Sequence record: NC_047899.1
DNA from: Escherichia phage VEc3
Direction: 5' to 3' (one strand)
DNA length: 44,895 nucleotides
A program made the translations under genes and the position numbers. The first letter of the stretch is position 1. Every line of letters begins with the position of its first letter. Shown piece by piece: positions 1 to 6,949 of this stretch. A model generated the notes under the pieces. The model was not told where the DNA came from. It saw nothing but the letters and a program-made list of their open reading frames with translations, and did no database searches.

Positions 1-304
1 CTCGCCCTCGCCCTCGCCGGGTTGTCCCCATAGGGTGGCCTGAGGGAATCCGTCGAAGACGGGCAGGGCTGATGTACTCCTTGTACTAGCTTAGTAGTAC
101 ACAAGGGCAGGCCGTACTAGTTAGCTGGTACAGCCTAGTCTTTGCTCATGTACTAGCAAGGTGGAACGCTGGAGAGCGCCTAGGACGGCCTAGGGCACGC
201 CTTAGTGTTGGACAAGGTGAATGCCTTAGTGAAGCCTCTTAGTGCATTCCTGAGGCCATTCAGGGCGTTTATGAGGTATTGACAGGGTGGGCGTGGGTGG
301 GCTA
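1..304. repeat. Left direct terminal repeat (DTR), 304 bp
   Basis: Positions 1-304 are repeated exactly at 44592-44895; begins with a CTCGCC x3 tract and contains GTACTAG and CTTAGTG short repeats. Confidence 0.95.
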
Positions 305-384
305 TCTGTTCGTTTCGCTAGCGCTCCACTCACAAGCCTGACGTGTACCTTAGGTACTACCTTATGCTATTACTTGATGGATAG

Positions 385-486
385 CTTAGGTTAACCTTAG
401 TGGACTACCTTAGTTAAAGCCTTAGTGCTTATCTTAGTAATAGCTTAGTAGTGTACCTTAGTAAGTCTTAGTGTCTTCTCTTAGTG
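385..486. repeat. Phased CTTAGT(G/A) short-repeat array, about 9 copies
   Basis: CTTAG cores at 385,396,409,421,433,444,457,467,480, spaced 10-13 bp (about one helical turn); further copies at 201,225,237 (inside DTR) and 629,663,699. Confidence 0.8.
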
Positions 487-632
487 ATTGCACATGCAAG
501 CATGTAAGATGCCATTAGGTCGCGGTCGGTAGACCGCTAAAGAAAGAGAATAGTAATAAGATGCAGTAGGAGGAACACCAGAAACCTAGCCAACCTAGCC
601 TATCCTAGCTCTGTATCTGTTGCTCTTCCTTA

Positions 633-648
633 GTCTCACATGTTAGAC
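633..648. repeat. Degenerate copy of the 16-bp palindrome (GTCTCACATGTtAGAC)
   Basis: One mismatch to the GTCTCACATGTGAGAC element found at six other sites. Confidence 0.6.
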
Positions 649-715
649 AACCTAGGTTTACCTTAGTAGTTGTGACATGTATCACATAAATAATCTATCT
701 TAGTGAAATTTAGTG

Positions 716-744
716 TTGACATAGGTAATAGCTGGTAGTACATT
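716..744 (+). promoter_or_regulatory. Candidate host sigma70 early promoter (TTGACA-N17-TACATT)
   Basis: Perfect -35 TTGACA at 716-721, 17-bp spacer, -10 TACATT at 739-744; same architecture as 1348-1376. Confidence 0.55.
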
Positions 745-777
745 ACAGTCATCGGGAGGCAACATAGCCAAACGGTA

Positions 778-807
778 GGTAACTAAGTTACCTTGCTCTT
801 TAACAAT
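778..807 (+). promoter_or_regulatory. Hairpin plus rrn-type boxA (GCTCTTTAACAAT), candidate Nus antitermination site 1
   Basis: Hairpin GGTAAC-TAA-GTTACC at 778-792 followed by GCTCTTTAACAAT at 795-807; matches the E. coli rrn boxA core. Confidence 0.6.
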
Positions 808-865
808 TTGCTTAGTGTAACCTGTGTATGCCGTGGTTAATTACTTATTGAATGAGGAATTAACT

Positions 866-964
866 ATGAATTACGAAAAACTGTATAAAGCCTATTACTA
901 TAACGCATTAGTGAGAGGAGAAGAGCCTTTGTCTTATGCTGAGTTTGTGGAGGCTTTATCATGA
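866..964 (+). CDS. Small early ORF (32 aa), hypothetical
   Basis: ATG at 866 preceded by GAGG; stop overlaps next start (ATGA); not in the supplied track (below length cutoff). Confidence 0.3.
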   Translation: MNYEKLYKAYYYNALVRGEEPLSYAEFVEALS

Positions 965-1137
965 CTCTAACTAACCGTGAACTATCCGTTCTCTTCACCT
1001 TGTTATGCTACATGATTCGTAACAACGAATTGCTTACAGATGACGAGTTAGCCTTGTATCACCGCTTTCTGAACGAAGGTTGGACCGATACAGTTAACCA
1101 GAAACGTGACCTGATGAAGGAGCTAACCAATGTTTAA
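961..1137 (+). CDS. Small early ORF (58 aa), hypothetical
   Basis: ATG at 961 overlapping upstream stop; ends overlapping the start of ORF 1130. Confidence 0.35.
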   Translation: MTLTNRELSVLFTLLCYMIRNNELLTDDELALYHRFLNEGWTDTVNQKRDLMKELTNV

Positions 1138-1339
1138 ACATGAGATTTACACGGATTGCAATAAATCGGCTAAAGCTATCTGCGATTTGTACAAGGCAGA
1201 ATGTCAGACGTACAACCTCAACGATGGTACTGAGATGTTTTATCTTCAGTTTGAAAGCAAGTTATCTCACAAACGAGTGATTAACAGCCTGAATCAACAC
1301 TCCTTGGAGTGGGAAGAAGTAAATAGCAATAAAGTTTAA
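1130..1339 (+). CDS. Hypothetical early protein (69 aa)
   Basis: Track ORF; translationally coupled to the upstream small ORF. Confidence 0.5.
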   Translation: MFKHEIYTDCNKSAKAICDLYKAECQTYNLNDGTEMFYLQFESKLSHKRVINSLNQHSLEWEEVNSNKV

Positions 1340-1347
1340 ATTAACTA

Positions 1348-1376
1348 TTGACAGCCACGGCATACAAGGTTACATT
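1348..1376 (+). promoter_or_regulatory. Candidate host sigma70 early promoter (TTGACA-N17-TACATT)
   Basis: -35 TTGACA at 1348-1353, 17-bp spacer, -10 TACATT at 1371-1376. Confidence 0.55.
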
Positions 1377-1383
1377 AAGCATC

Positions 1384-1422
1384 AAGACGGCGACGTCTTT
1401 AAACATCCCGCTCTTTAACAAT
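1384..1422 (+). promoter_or_regulatory. Hairpin plus rrn-type boxA, candidate antitermination site 2
   Basis: Hairpin AAGACG-GCGA-CGTCTT at 1384-1399, then GCTCTTTAACAAT at 1410-1422. Confidence 0.6.
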
Positions 1423-1464
1423 AAGGTTTGTGTCTTGATAGGCTAACTAACTAAGGTAATTATC

Positions 1465-1575
1465 ATGAAAGGTTTAATTTGTGTAGAACGTATGGTCAAT
1501 GGTAAACTTGAAATATTACCACTGGAAAACCAATCTAGCTTCAAAGAGTGGTATGGCTGTTTCTCACTGATTTAA
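1465..1575 (+). CDS. Small early ORF (36 aa), hypothetical
   Basis: ATG at 1465 with AAGG upstream; below track cutoff. Confidence 0.3.
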   Translation: MKGLICVERMVNGKLEILPLENQSSFKEWYGCFSLI

Positions 1576-1581
1576 GGTAAA

Positions 1582-1630
1582 GGCTGGCACTAGTCAGCCT
1601 ATCAAGGCGCAAACCAAGCTCTTTAACAAT
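1582..1630 (+). promoter_or_regulatory. Hairpin plus rrn-type boxA, candidate antitermination site 3
   Basis: Hairpin GGCTGGC-ACTAGT-CAGCC at 1582-1599, then GCTCTTTAACAAT at 1618-1630. Confidence 0.6.
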
Positions 1631-1726
1631 TTGGATGGTAGCTTCTTAGTCTGGATAGGTTAAACCTAGGGGATTCTCTTGAGTCTCCTATAATGTAACC
1701 TAACTAACTAAATGAGGATTAACAAC

Positions 1727-2080
1727 ATGGCTATGTCTAATATGACTTACTCTCAGGTTTACAACACTGCTCATGCTGCACTGGTTGAACGCGTATGGGA
1801 TGATGCCATTGATTGTATTGATAACGCACATGATGCAATCCATGAGGTAGCGGACAGTGCTGTACCAATCTATTATGCTGACATCTTCTCAGTGATGGCC
1901 AGTGAAGGCATCGACCACTTCTTCGAGGATTCTGGCTTAATGCCAGACACTAAGGATGTGACGGTCGTACTACAAGCCCGTATTTATGAACAACTCACCA
2001 TTGATTTATGGGAACGTGTTCAAGATATGATTGATGCGTACATCGATTCCGCTGAGGATTCAGAAGAAGAAGAGGAATAA
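1727..2080 (+). CDS. ocr: Ocr-like DNA mimic (T7 gp0.3 homolog), anti-restriction
   Basis: 117 aa from ATG 1727 (GAGGA RBS); begins MAMSNMTY and contains [15 protein letters not shown] and [13 protein letters not shown]...[15 protein letters not shown] blocks recalled from T7 Ocr; acidic tail DSEEEEE; track ORF start at 1712 is probably too early. Confidence 0.85.
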   Translation: MAMSNMTYSQVYNTAHAALVERVWDDAIDCIDNAHDAIHEVADSAVPIYYADIFSVMASEGIDHFFEDSGLMPDTKDVTVVLQARIYEQLTIDLWERVQDMIDAYIDSAEDSEEEEE

Positions 2081-2082
2081 GA

Positions 2083-2196
2083 ATGGAAAAGCTATACAAC
2101 TTCATCTTTTCAGACGGTGTAACCCTGAAGTGTTCCCTACGATTCGCTCAGATTCGTGAGGAAGTGCTAGGTACTACATACAAACTATTTAGCTGA
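2083..2196 (+). CDS. Small early ORF (37 aa), hypothetical
   Basis: ATG 3 nt after the ocr stop; below track cutoff. Confidence 0.3.
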   Translation: MEKLYNFIFSDGVTLKCSLRFAQIREEVLGTTYKLFS

Positions 2197-2210
2197 CACT
2201 ATAAGAGAAG
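2187..2210 (+). promoter_or_regulatory. Phage-promoter-like element, variant ATTTAGCTGACACTATAAGAGAAG
   Basis: Matches the SP6-type promoter except the conserved +1 G is A. Confidence 0.35.
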
Positions 2211-2272
2211 GCTTAACAAGGCGTTGCTACGGTAGCGCCTGATTAAACTTTCACTTACTAGAGGTTAAAATT

Positions 2273-2398
2273 ATGAAACTATCGCCATCCGCTAAAGGCC
2301 TCATTGCAGAACTTAAAGACTCTTTGAGGAATCCAATCATTTGGGCACTTATCTACATACCTTATGGTATCTACCTATTTCACCTCATCACTGAGTAA
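2273..2398 (+). CDS. Small hydrophobic early protein (41 aa)
   Basis: ATG 2273 with GAGG upstream; hydrophobic C-terminal segment IIWALIYIPYGIYLFHLI. Confidence 0.35.
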   Translation: MKLSPSAKGLIAELKDSLRNPIIWALIYIPYGIYLFHLITE

Positions 2399-2430
2399 AT
2401 AGCCTATAGCCTACCTATGTGGGCTATGTG

Positions 2431-2453
2431 ATATTTACTTACACTATAAGGTG
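2431..2453 (+). promoter_or_regulatory. Phage-promoter-like element, variant ATATTTACTTACACTATAAGGTG
   Basis: Resembles the phage promoter but with A at +1 and TTAC for TGGA. Confidence 0.35.
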
Positions 2454-2459
2454 ATTAAT

Positions 2460-3383
2460 ATGACTACTGAAAACACCCTTCTGTCTGTTCGTGAAGCTGC
2501 AACCGCTGAAATCAAGCAGCACTTAGACAATATCGGCACTTCTTACATCAAAGTTGGCGCTTGTCTGAATGAATTACGCGGTGATTTCGAAGGTCAAAAA
2601 GACTTTTTAGCTTATGTAGAATCAGAGTTCGGCATCAAGAAAGCACAATGCTACAAGCTGATGAGTGTAGCCCGTGTCTTTGAAGGAGACGAACGCTTTA
2701 AAGGTGTGGCTATGCGTGTAATGCTGGCGCTTGTTCCTTTCGCTGATGAAAATATAATCATGGAGAAGGCCGCAGAACTCGCCGCAGAGGGCAAGCTGGA
2801 CACTAACGCCGTAAACGCCCTGATTGATCCTAAGAAAGAGACAAAGGCCGAGACGGTACAATCTAAGGTTGAGTCGGTAAAACCGCAGGAGAACGCGACT
2901 GAGGCCGCAGAAACTATGCAAGGACATGCAACCTTTGAGGATTTCATATTAGAGAAGGCGAAAGAGGAGCTACAAAGTGTGCCGCCAGCAAGTGAGTCTG
3001 GTAACGACGAATCCGCACCGTGGGAAGACAAAAGCAAGCAGGAAGACACAAAGGCAGCGCCACGGGATAACACGGCTAACACCGAGAGTGCCGCTATTGC
3101 TGGCCTTCTGGCACAAATTAAAGCACTGACCGAGCAATTACAGGCAGCTAATGACCGCATTGCCTCCTTAAGCAGCGCACGCGAAAGCAAGAAAGCAGCC
3201 GCGCCTATGCTGCCGCAATTCAAATCTTCCTGCTTCTATGCTCGCTTAGGTTTAAGCGCTGAGGAGGCAACGAAGAAAACAGCAGTTAACAAGGCACGCC
3301 GCGAACTGGTTAAGCTAGGCTACGGCGAAGGCCATGAAGCATGGCCCTTAATCTCTGAGGCAGTAGAAGAATTAACTAAGTAA
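2460..3383 (+). CDS. Early protein (307 aa): conserved N-terminal domain, acidic low-complexity linker, coiled-coil, C-terminal domain
   Basis: Track ORF 2451-3383; ATG 2460 preferred (AAGG 8 nt upstream); occupies the slot of T7 gp0.7 but has no kinase motifs; N-terminal domain resembles a DUF3102-type phage domain (by recall). Confidence 0.7.
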   Translation: MTTENTLLSVREAATAEIKQHLDNIGTSYIKVGACLNELRGDFEGQKDFLAYVESEFGIKKAQCYKLMSVARVFEGDERFKGVAMRVMLALVPFADENIIMEKAAELAAEGKLDTNAVNALIDPKKETKAETVQSKVESVKPQENATEAAETMQGHATFEDFILEKAKEELQSVPPASESGNDESAPWEDKSKQEDTKAAPRDNTANTESAAIAGLLAQIKALTEQLQAANDRIASLSSARESKKAAAPMLPQFKSSCFYARLGLSAEEATKKTAVNKARRELVKLGYGEGHEAWPLISEAVEELTK

Positions 3384-3446
3384 CCTTATCGGTGGCATCT
3401 TCTTAGGTGTCACCTATTAAGGTTTCTTTCACTAGGAGTAAACAAG

Positions 3447-6074
3447 ATGCAAGACCTACACGCTATTCAACTTCAACTTGAAGAAGAAATGTTTAACGGC
3501 GGTATCCGTCGCTTTGAAGCGGACCAACAACGCCAGATTGCATCCGGTAATGAATCAGACACGGCATGGAATCGCCGCTTATTGTCCGAGTTAATCGCGC
3601 CAATGGCTGAAGGCATTCAGGCATACAAGGAAGAGTATGAAGGTAAAAGAGGCCGTGCACCGCGTGCATTAGCTTTCATTAACTGCGTAGAAAACGAAGT
3701 GGCAGCATATATCACGATGAAAATCGTTATGGATATGCTGAACACGGATGTAACCTTGCAGGCTATAGCCATGAATGTAGCTGACCGCATTGAGGACCAA
3801 GTACGTTTTAGCAAGCTGGAAGGTCACGCCGCCAAATACTTTGAGAAAGTTAAGAAGTCACTTAAGGCAAGTAAGACTAAATCATATCGCCATGCGCACA
3901 ACGTAGCGGTCGTGGCTGAGAAGTCAGTAGCTGACCGTGACGCTGATTTCTCTCGCTGGGAGGCGTGGCCTAAAGATACCTTGCTACAAATTGGTATGAC
4001 CTTGCTAGAAATACTGGAAAATAGTGTATTCTTCAATGGTCAGCCTGTCTTTCTTCGCACCTTGCGCACTAATGGTGGCAAGCATGGCGTTTACTACTTA
4101 CAGACTAGCGAACACGTGGGTGAATGGATAACTGCATTTAAAGAGCACGTAGCTCAGCTGAGTCCAGCCTATGCGCCTTGCGTTATTCCTCCTCGTCCGT
4201 GGGTTTCTCCGTTTAATGGTGGCTTCCATACTGAGAAAGTAGCAAGCCGTATTCGTCTAGTAAAAGGCAATCGTGAGCACGTCCGCAAGCTGACCAAAAA
4301 GCAAATGCCAGCGGTTTACAAGGCTGTTAACGCTTTGCAGGCGACTAAGTGGCAGGTTAATAAAGAGGTTTTGCAGGTAGTAGAGGACGTTATTCATCTC
4401 GACCTTGGTTATGGTGTGCCTTCCTTTAAACCACTCATCGACCGTGAGAACAAGCCAGCTAATCCAGTGCCGTTAGAGTTCCAGCACCTGCGAGGCCGTG
4501 AATTGAAAGAGATGCTAACACCGGAGCAATGGCAGGCCTTCATCAACTGGAAGGGTGAATGTACTAAGCTGTATACCGCTGAGACTAAGCGCGGCAGCAA
4601 GTCGGCGGCGACCGTCCGCATGGTAGGACAGGCCCGTAAATACAGCCAGTTTGACGCTATTTATTTTGTATATGCACTGGATAGCCGTTCACGCGTTTAT
4701 GCGCAATCTAGCACGCTCTCGCCGCAATCAAACGACTTAGGCAAGGCATTGCTCCGTTTTACCGAAGGGCAGCGTCTTGATAGCGCTGAGGCGCTTAAGT
4801 GGTTTTTGGTGAACGGGGCGAATAACTGGGGTTGGGATAAGAAAACTTTTGACGTGCGCACCTCTAACGTGCTGGATGGCGAATTTCAAGACATGTGCCG
4901 CGACATTGCAGCCGATCCGCTGACCTTCACTCAATGGGTAAATGCTGATTCCCCTTACGGCTTCCTTGCATGGTGCTTTGAATATGCGCGTTATCTGGAT
5001 GCACTGGATGAAGGCACGCAAGACCAATTCATGACGCATCTACCCGTCCATCAAGACGGTAGTTGCTCTGGTATCCAGCACTATAGCGCGATGTTACGCG
5101 ATGAAGTAGGTGCGAAAGCAGTAAACCTTAAGCCTTCTGACTTCCCTCAAGATATTTATGGCGCAGTCGCGCAGGTTGTTATCCAGAAGAATTACGCCTA
5201 CATGAATGCAGACGATGCAGTGACTTTCACATCTGGAAGCGTCACACTTACAGGTGCAGAACTGCGTAGCATGGCTAGTGCGTGGGATATGATAGGAATC
5301 ACTCGCGGATTGACCAAAAAGCCCGTAATGACACTACCTTATGGCAGCACACGTCTAACCTGCCGTGAATCAGTGATTGATTATATCGTTGATTTGGAAG
5401 AAAAAGAGGCCCAACGAGCTATTGCGGAAGGGCGTACCGCCAATCCTGTACATCCTTTTGATAATGACCGTAAGGACAGCCTGACACCTAGTGCAGCTTA
5501 TAACTATATGACGGCTTTAATCTGGCCTTCTATTTCGGAAGTGGTTAAAGCTCCTATAGTGGCAATGAAAATGATTCGTCAGCTTGCCCGTTTCGCAGCT
5601 AAAAGGAATGAAGGCTTAGAGTATACCTTGCCTACTGGCTTCATCTTGCAACAAAAGATTATGGCTACCGACATGCTACGCGTATCCACTTGCTTGATGG
5701 GTGAAATCAAGATGAGTCTACAGATTGAGACTGATGTAGTGGATGAAACGGCTATGATGGGCGCTGCTGCTCCTAACTTTGTTCACGGGCATGATGCTAG
5801 TCATCTCATCCTGACTGTATGTGACCTCGTTGACAAGGGCATTACATCCATCGCAGTCATCCATGATTCTTTCGGTACTCACGCAGGCCGTACAGCCGAT
5901 CTACGTGATAGTCTAAGGGCAGAAATGGTGAAGATGTATCAAGGCCGTAATGCCCTGCAAAGCCTGTTAGATGAGCATGAAGAACGCTGGTTAGTAGACA
6001 CCGGAATCCAAGTGCCAGAGCAAGGAGAGTTTGACCTTAACGAAATCTTAGTATCTGACTATTGCTTCGCATAA
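3447..6074 (+). CDS. DNA-directed RNA polymerase, single-subunit, SP6-type
   Basis: 875 aa; begins [32 protein letters not shown] and contains [27 protein letters not shown] and IHDSFGTH motifs; ends ...DYCFA like T7-family RNAPs. Confidence 0.95.
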   Translation: MQDLHAIQLQLEEEMFNGGIRRFEADQQRQIASGNESDTAWNRRLLSELIAPMAEGIQAYKEEYEGKRGRAPRALAFINCVENEVAAYITMKIVMDMLNTDVTLQAIAMNVADRIEDQVRFSKLEGHAAKYFEKVKKSLKASKTKSYRHAHNVAVVAEKSVADRDADFSRWEAWPKDTLLQIGMTLLEILENSVFFNGQPVFLRTLRTNGGKHGVYYLQTSEHVGEWITAFKEHVAQLSPAYAPCVIPPRPWVSPFNGGFHTEKVASRIRLVKGNREHVRKLTKKQMPAVYKAVNALQATKWQVNKEVLQVVEDVIHLDLGYGVPSFKPLIDRENKPANPVPLEFQHLRGRELKEMLTPEQWQAFINWKGECTKLYTAETKRGSKSAATVRMVGQARKYSQFDAIYFVYALDSRSRVYAQSSTLSPQSNDLGKALLRFTEGQRLDSAEALKWFLVNGANNWGWDKKTFDVRTSNVLDGEFQDMCRDIAADPLTFTQWVNADSPYGFLAWCFEYARYLDALDEGTQDQFMTHLPVHQDGSCSGIQHYSAMLRDEVGAKAVNLKPSDFPQDIYGAVAQVVIQKNYAYMNADDAVTFTSGSVTLTGAELRSMASAWDMIGITRGLTKKPVMTLPYGSTRLTCRESVIDYIVDLEEKEAQRAIAEGRTANPVHPFDNDRKDSLTPSAAYNYMTALIWPSISEVVKAPIVAMKMIRQLARFAAKRNEGLEYTLPTGFILQQKIMATDMLRVSTCLMGEIKMSLQIETDVVDETAMMGAAAPNFVHGHDASHLILTVCDLVDKGITSIAVIHDSFGTHAGRTADLRDSLRAEMVKMYQGRNALQSLLDEHEERWLVDTGIQVPEQGEFDLNEILVSDYCFA

Positions 6075-6082
6075 TATTAATA

Positions 6083-6116
6083 GGCCATTCCTTCGGGAGT
6101 GGCCTTTTCTTTTACC
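6083..6116 (+). terminator. Rho-independent terminator after the RNAP gene
   Basis: GGCCATTCC-TTCG-GGAGTGGCC stem-loop (UUCG tetraloop) followed by TTTTCTTTT. Confidence 0.7.
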
Positions 6117-6147
6117 TACTACCGGTAACATTTCATTAACATAAAGT

Positions 6148-6163
6148 GTCTCACATGTGAGAC
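6148..6163. repeat. 16-bp perfect palindrome GTCTCACATGTGAGAC (copy 1)
   Basis: Exact palindrome immediately upstream of the phage promoter at 6166. Confidence 0.8.
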
Positions 6164-6165
6164 TT

Positions 6166-6188
6166 ATTTACCGGACACTATAGGATAG
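6166..6188 (+). promoter_or_regulatory. Phage RNAP promoter (ATTTACCGGACACTATAGGATAG)
   Basis: Matches the ATTTACyGGACACTATAG core; predicted +1 G at 6183. Confidence 0.6.
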
Positions 6189-6329
6189 CCGTCGGAGACG
6201 GGAAAGAAAGGGAAGATAAAGGATATAAAAGGAAGTAATAGGTATTAAAGGCTATATAGGTTATCTAGGAATACCTATTACCTTCTTCCTTCCTCTTATT
6301 ACTACTTAGAGGAAGGGCAGATCTAGGTT

Positions 6330-6345
6330 GTCTCACATGTGAGAC
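6330..6345. repeat. 16-bp perfect palindrome GTCTCACATGTGAGAC (copy 2)
   Basis: Exact palindrome immediately upstream of the promoter at 6351. Confidence 0.8.
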
Positions 6346-6350
6346 TTCGT

Positions 6351-6373
6351 ATTTACCGGACAGTATAGATAAG
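6351..6373 (+). promoter_or_regulatory. Phage RNAP promoter variant (ATTTACCGGACAGTATAGATAAG)
   Basis: Consensus-like with C to G at -5; precedes the HNH gene. Confidence 0.5.
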
Positions 6374-6395
6374 ACTAACTTACTTTGGAGGTTAC

Positions 6396-6812
6396 ATGCG
6401 TAAATCATTAGCTCAAAGAGTAGAGCAAGCAGGTTATACTATACAAGACGACGGTACTATCAAAGGTAAGCGAGGTAACATCTTGAAACCTTGGCTTCAA
6501 TCTTCAGGTTATCCAGTTGTAAATATAGTATTCAAGAAAGGTACAAAGACAACTACCCTTGTGCATCGCATAATTGCTAGTAAGTATTGTCCTTGCTCTG
6601 ACCCGTTGGCTAATGATGTAAACCACAAAGACGGAATCAAGACTAATAATGCAGCTTCTAATCTTGAATGGATTACACGTAGGCAGAACCGTAATCACTA
6701 TTTAGGTTTTGAGGACTATATGACACTTACGGCAGAGGATGCCCGTAAGAAGAATAATGAGCGCACTATTGCTCGACGTAAATTACTTAAACAGTTGAAT
6801 AATAAGGACTAA
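6396..6812 (+). CDS. HNH homing endonuclease
   Basis: 138 aa; VNHKDGIKTNNAASNLEWITRRQNRNH motif; AT-rich relative to neighbours. Confidence 0.85.
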   Translation: MRKSLAQRVEQAGYTIQDDGTIKGKRGNILKPWLQSSGYPVVNIVFKKGTKTTTLVHRIIASKYCPCSDPLANDVNHKDGIKTNNAASNLEWITRRQNRNHYLGFEDYMTLTAEDARKKNNERTIARRKLLKQLNNKD

Positions 6813-6814
6813 TT

Positions 6815-6946
6815 ATGCGTACTAACTTCGAAAAGATGACCCGTAAAGCTAACCGTTTTGACATGGAAGAAGGGCAGAAGAAAGGCAAGAAGCTGAATGT
6901 ACCTGTCCGTGACCGTGCATCTAAACGCGCTGCGTGGGAGTTCTAA
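6815..6946 (+). CDS. gp1.1-like small basic protein (43 aa)
   Basis: MRTNFEKMTRKANRFDMEEGQKKGKKLNVPVRDRASKRAAWEF resembles recalled T7 gp1.1 (MRNFEKMTKRSNRNARDFEATKGRKLNKTKRDRSHKRSWEGQ); AAGGA RBS. Confidence 0.5.
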   Translation: MRTNFEKMTRKANRFDMEEGQKKGKKLNVPVRDRASKRAAWEF

Positions 6947-6949
6947 GTT

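Noticed and set aside
279-307. TTGACA at 279-284 inside the DTR as a host promoter
   Set aside because: No acceptable -10 hexamer at 16-18 bp spacing (CTATCT/TATCTG) and a GC-rich spacer.
385-486. CTTAGT repeat array as a possible CRISPR array
   Set aside because: Repeat unit is only 6-7 bp with 4-6 bp variable gaps; no 20-40 bp repeats with unique spacers, no cas genes, and this is a lytic phage genome.
1689-1694. Perfect TATAAT upstream of ocr as a host promoter
   Set aside because: No -35 element at 16-19 bp spacing and no TG extended -10; possibly fortuitous.
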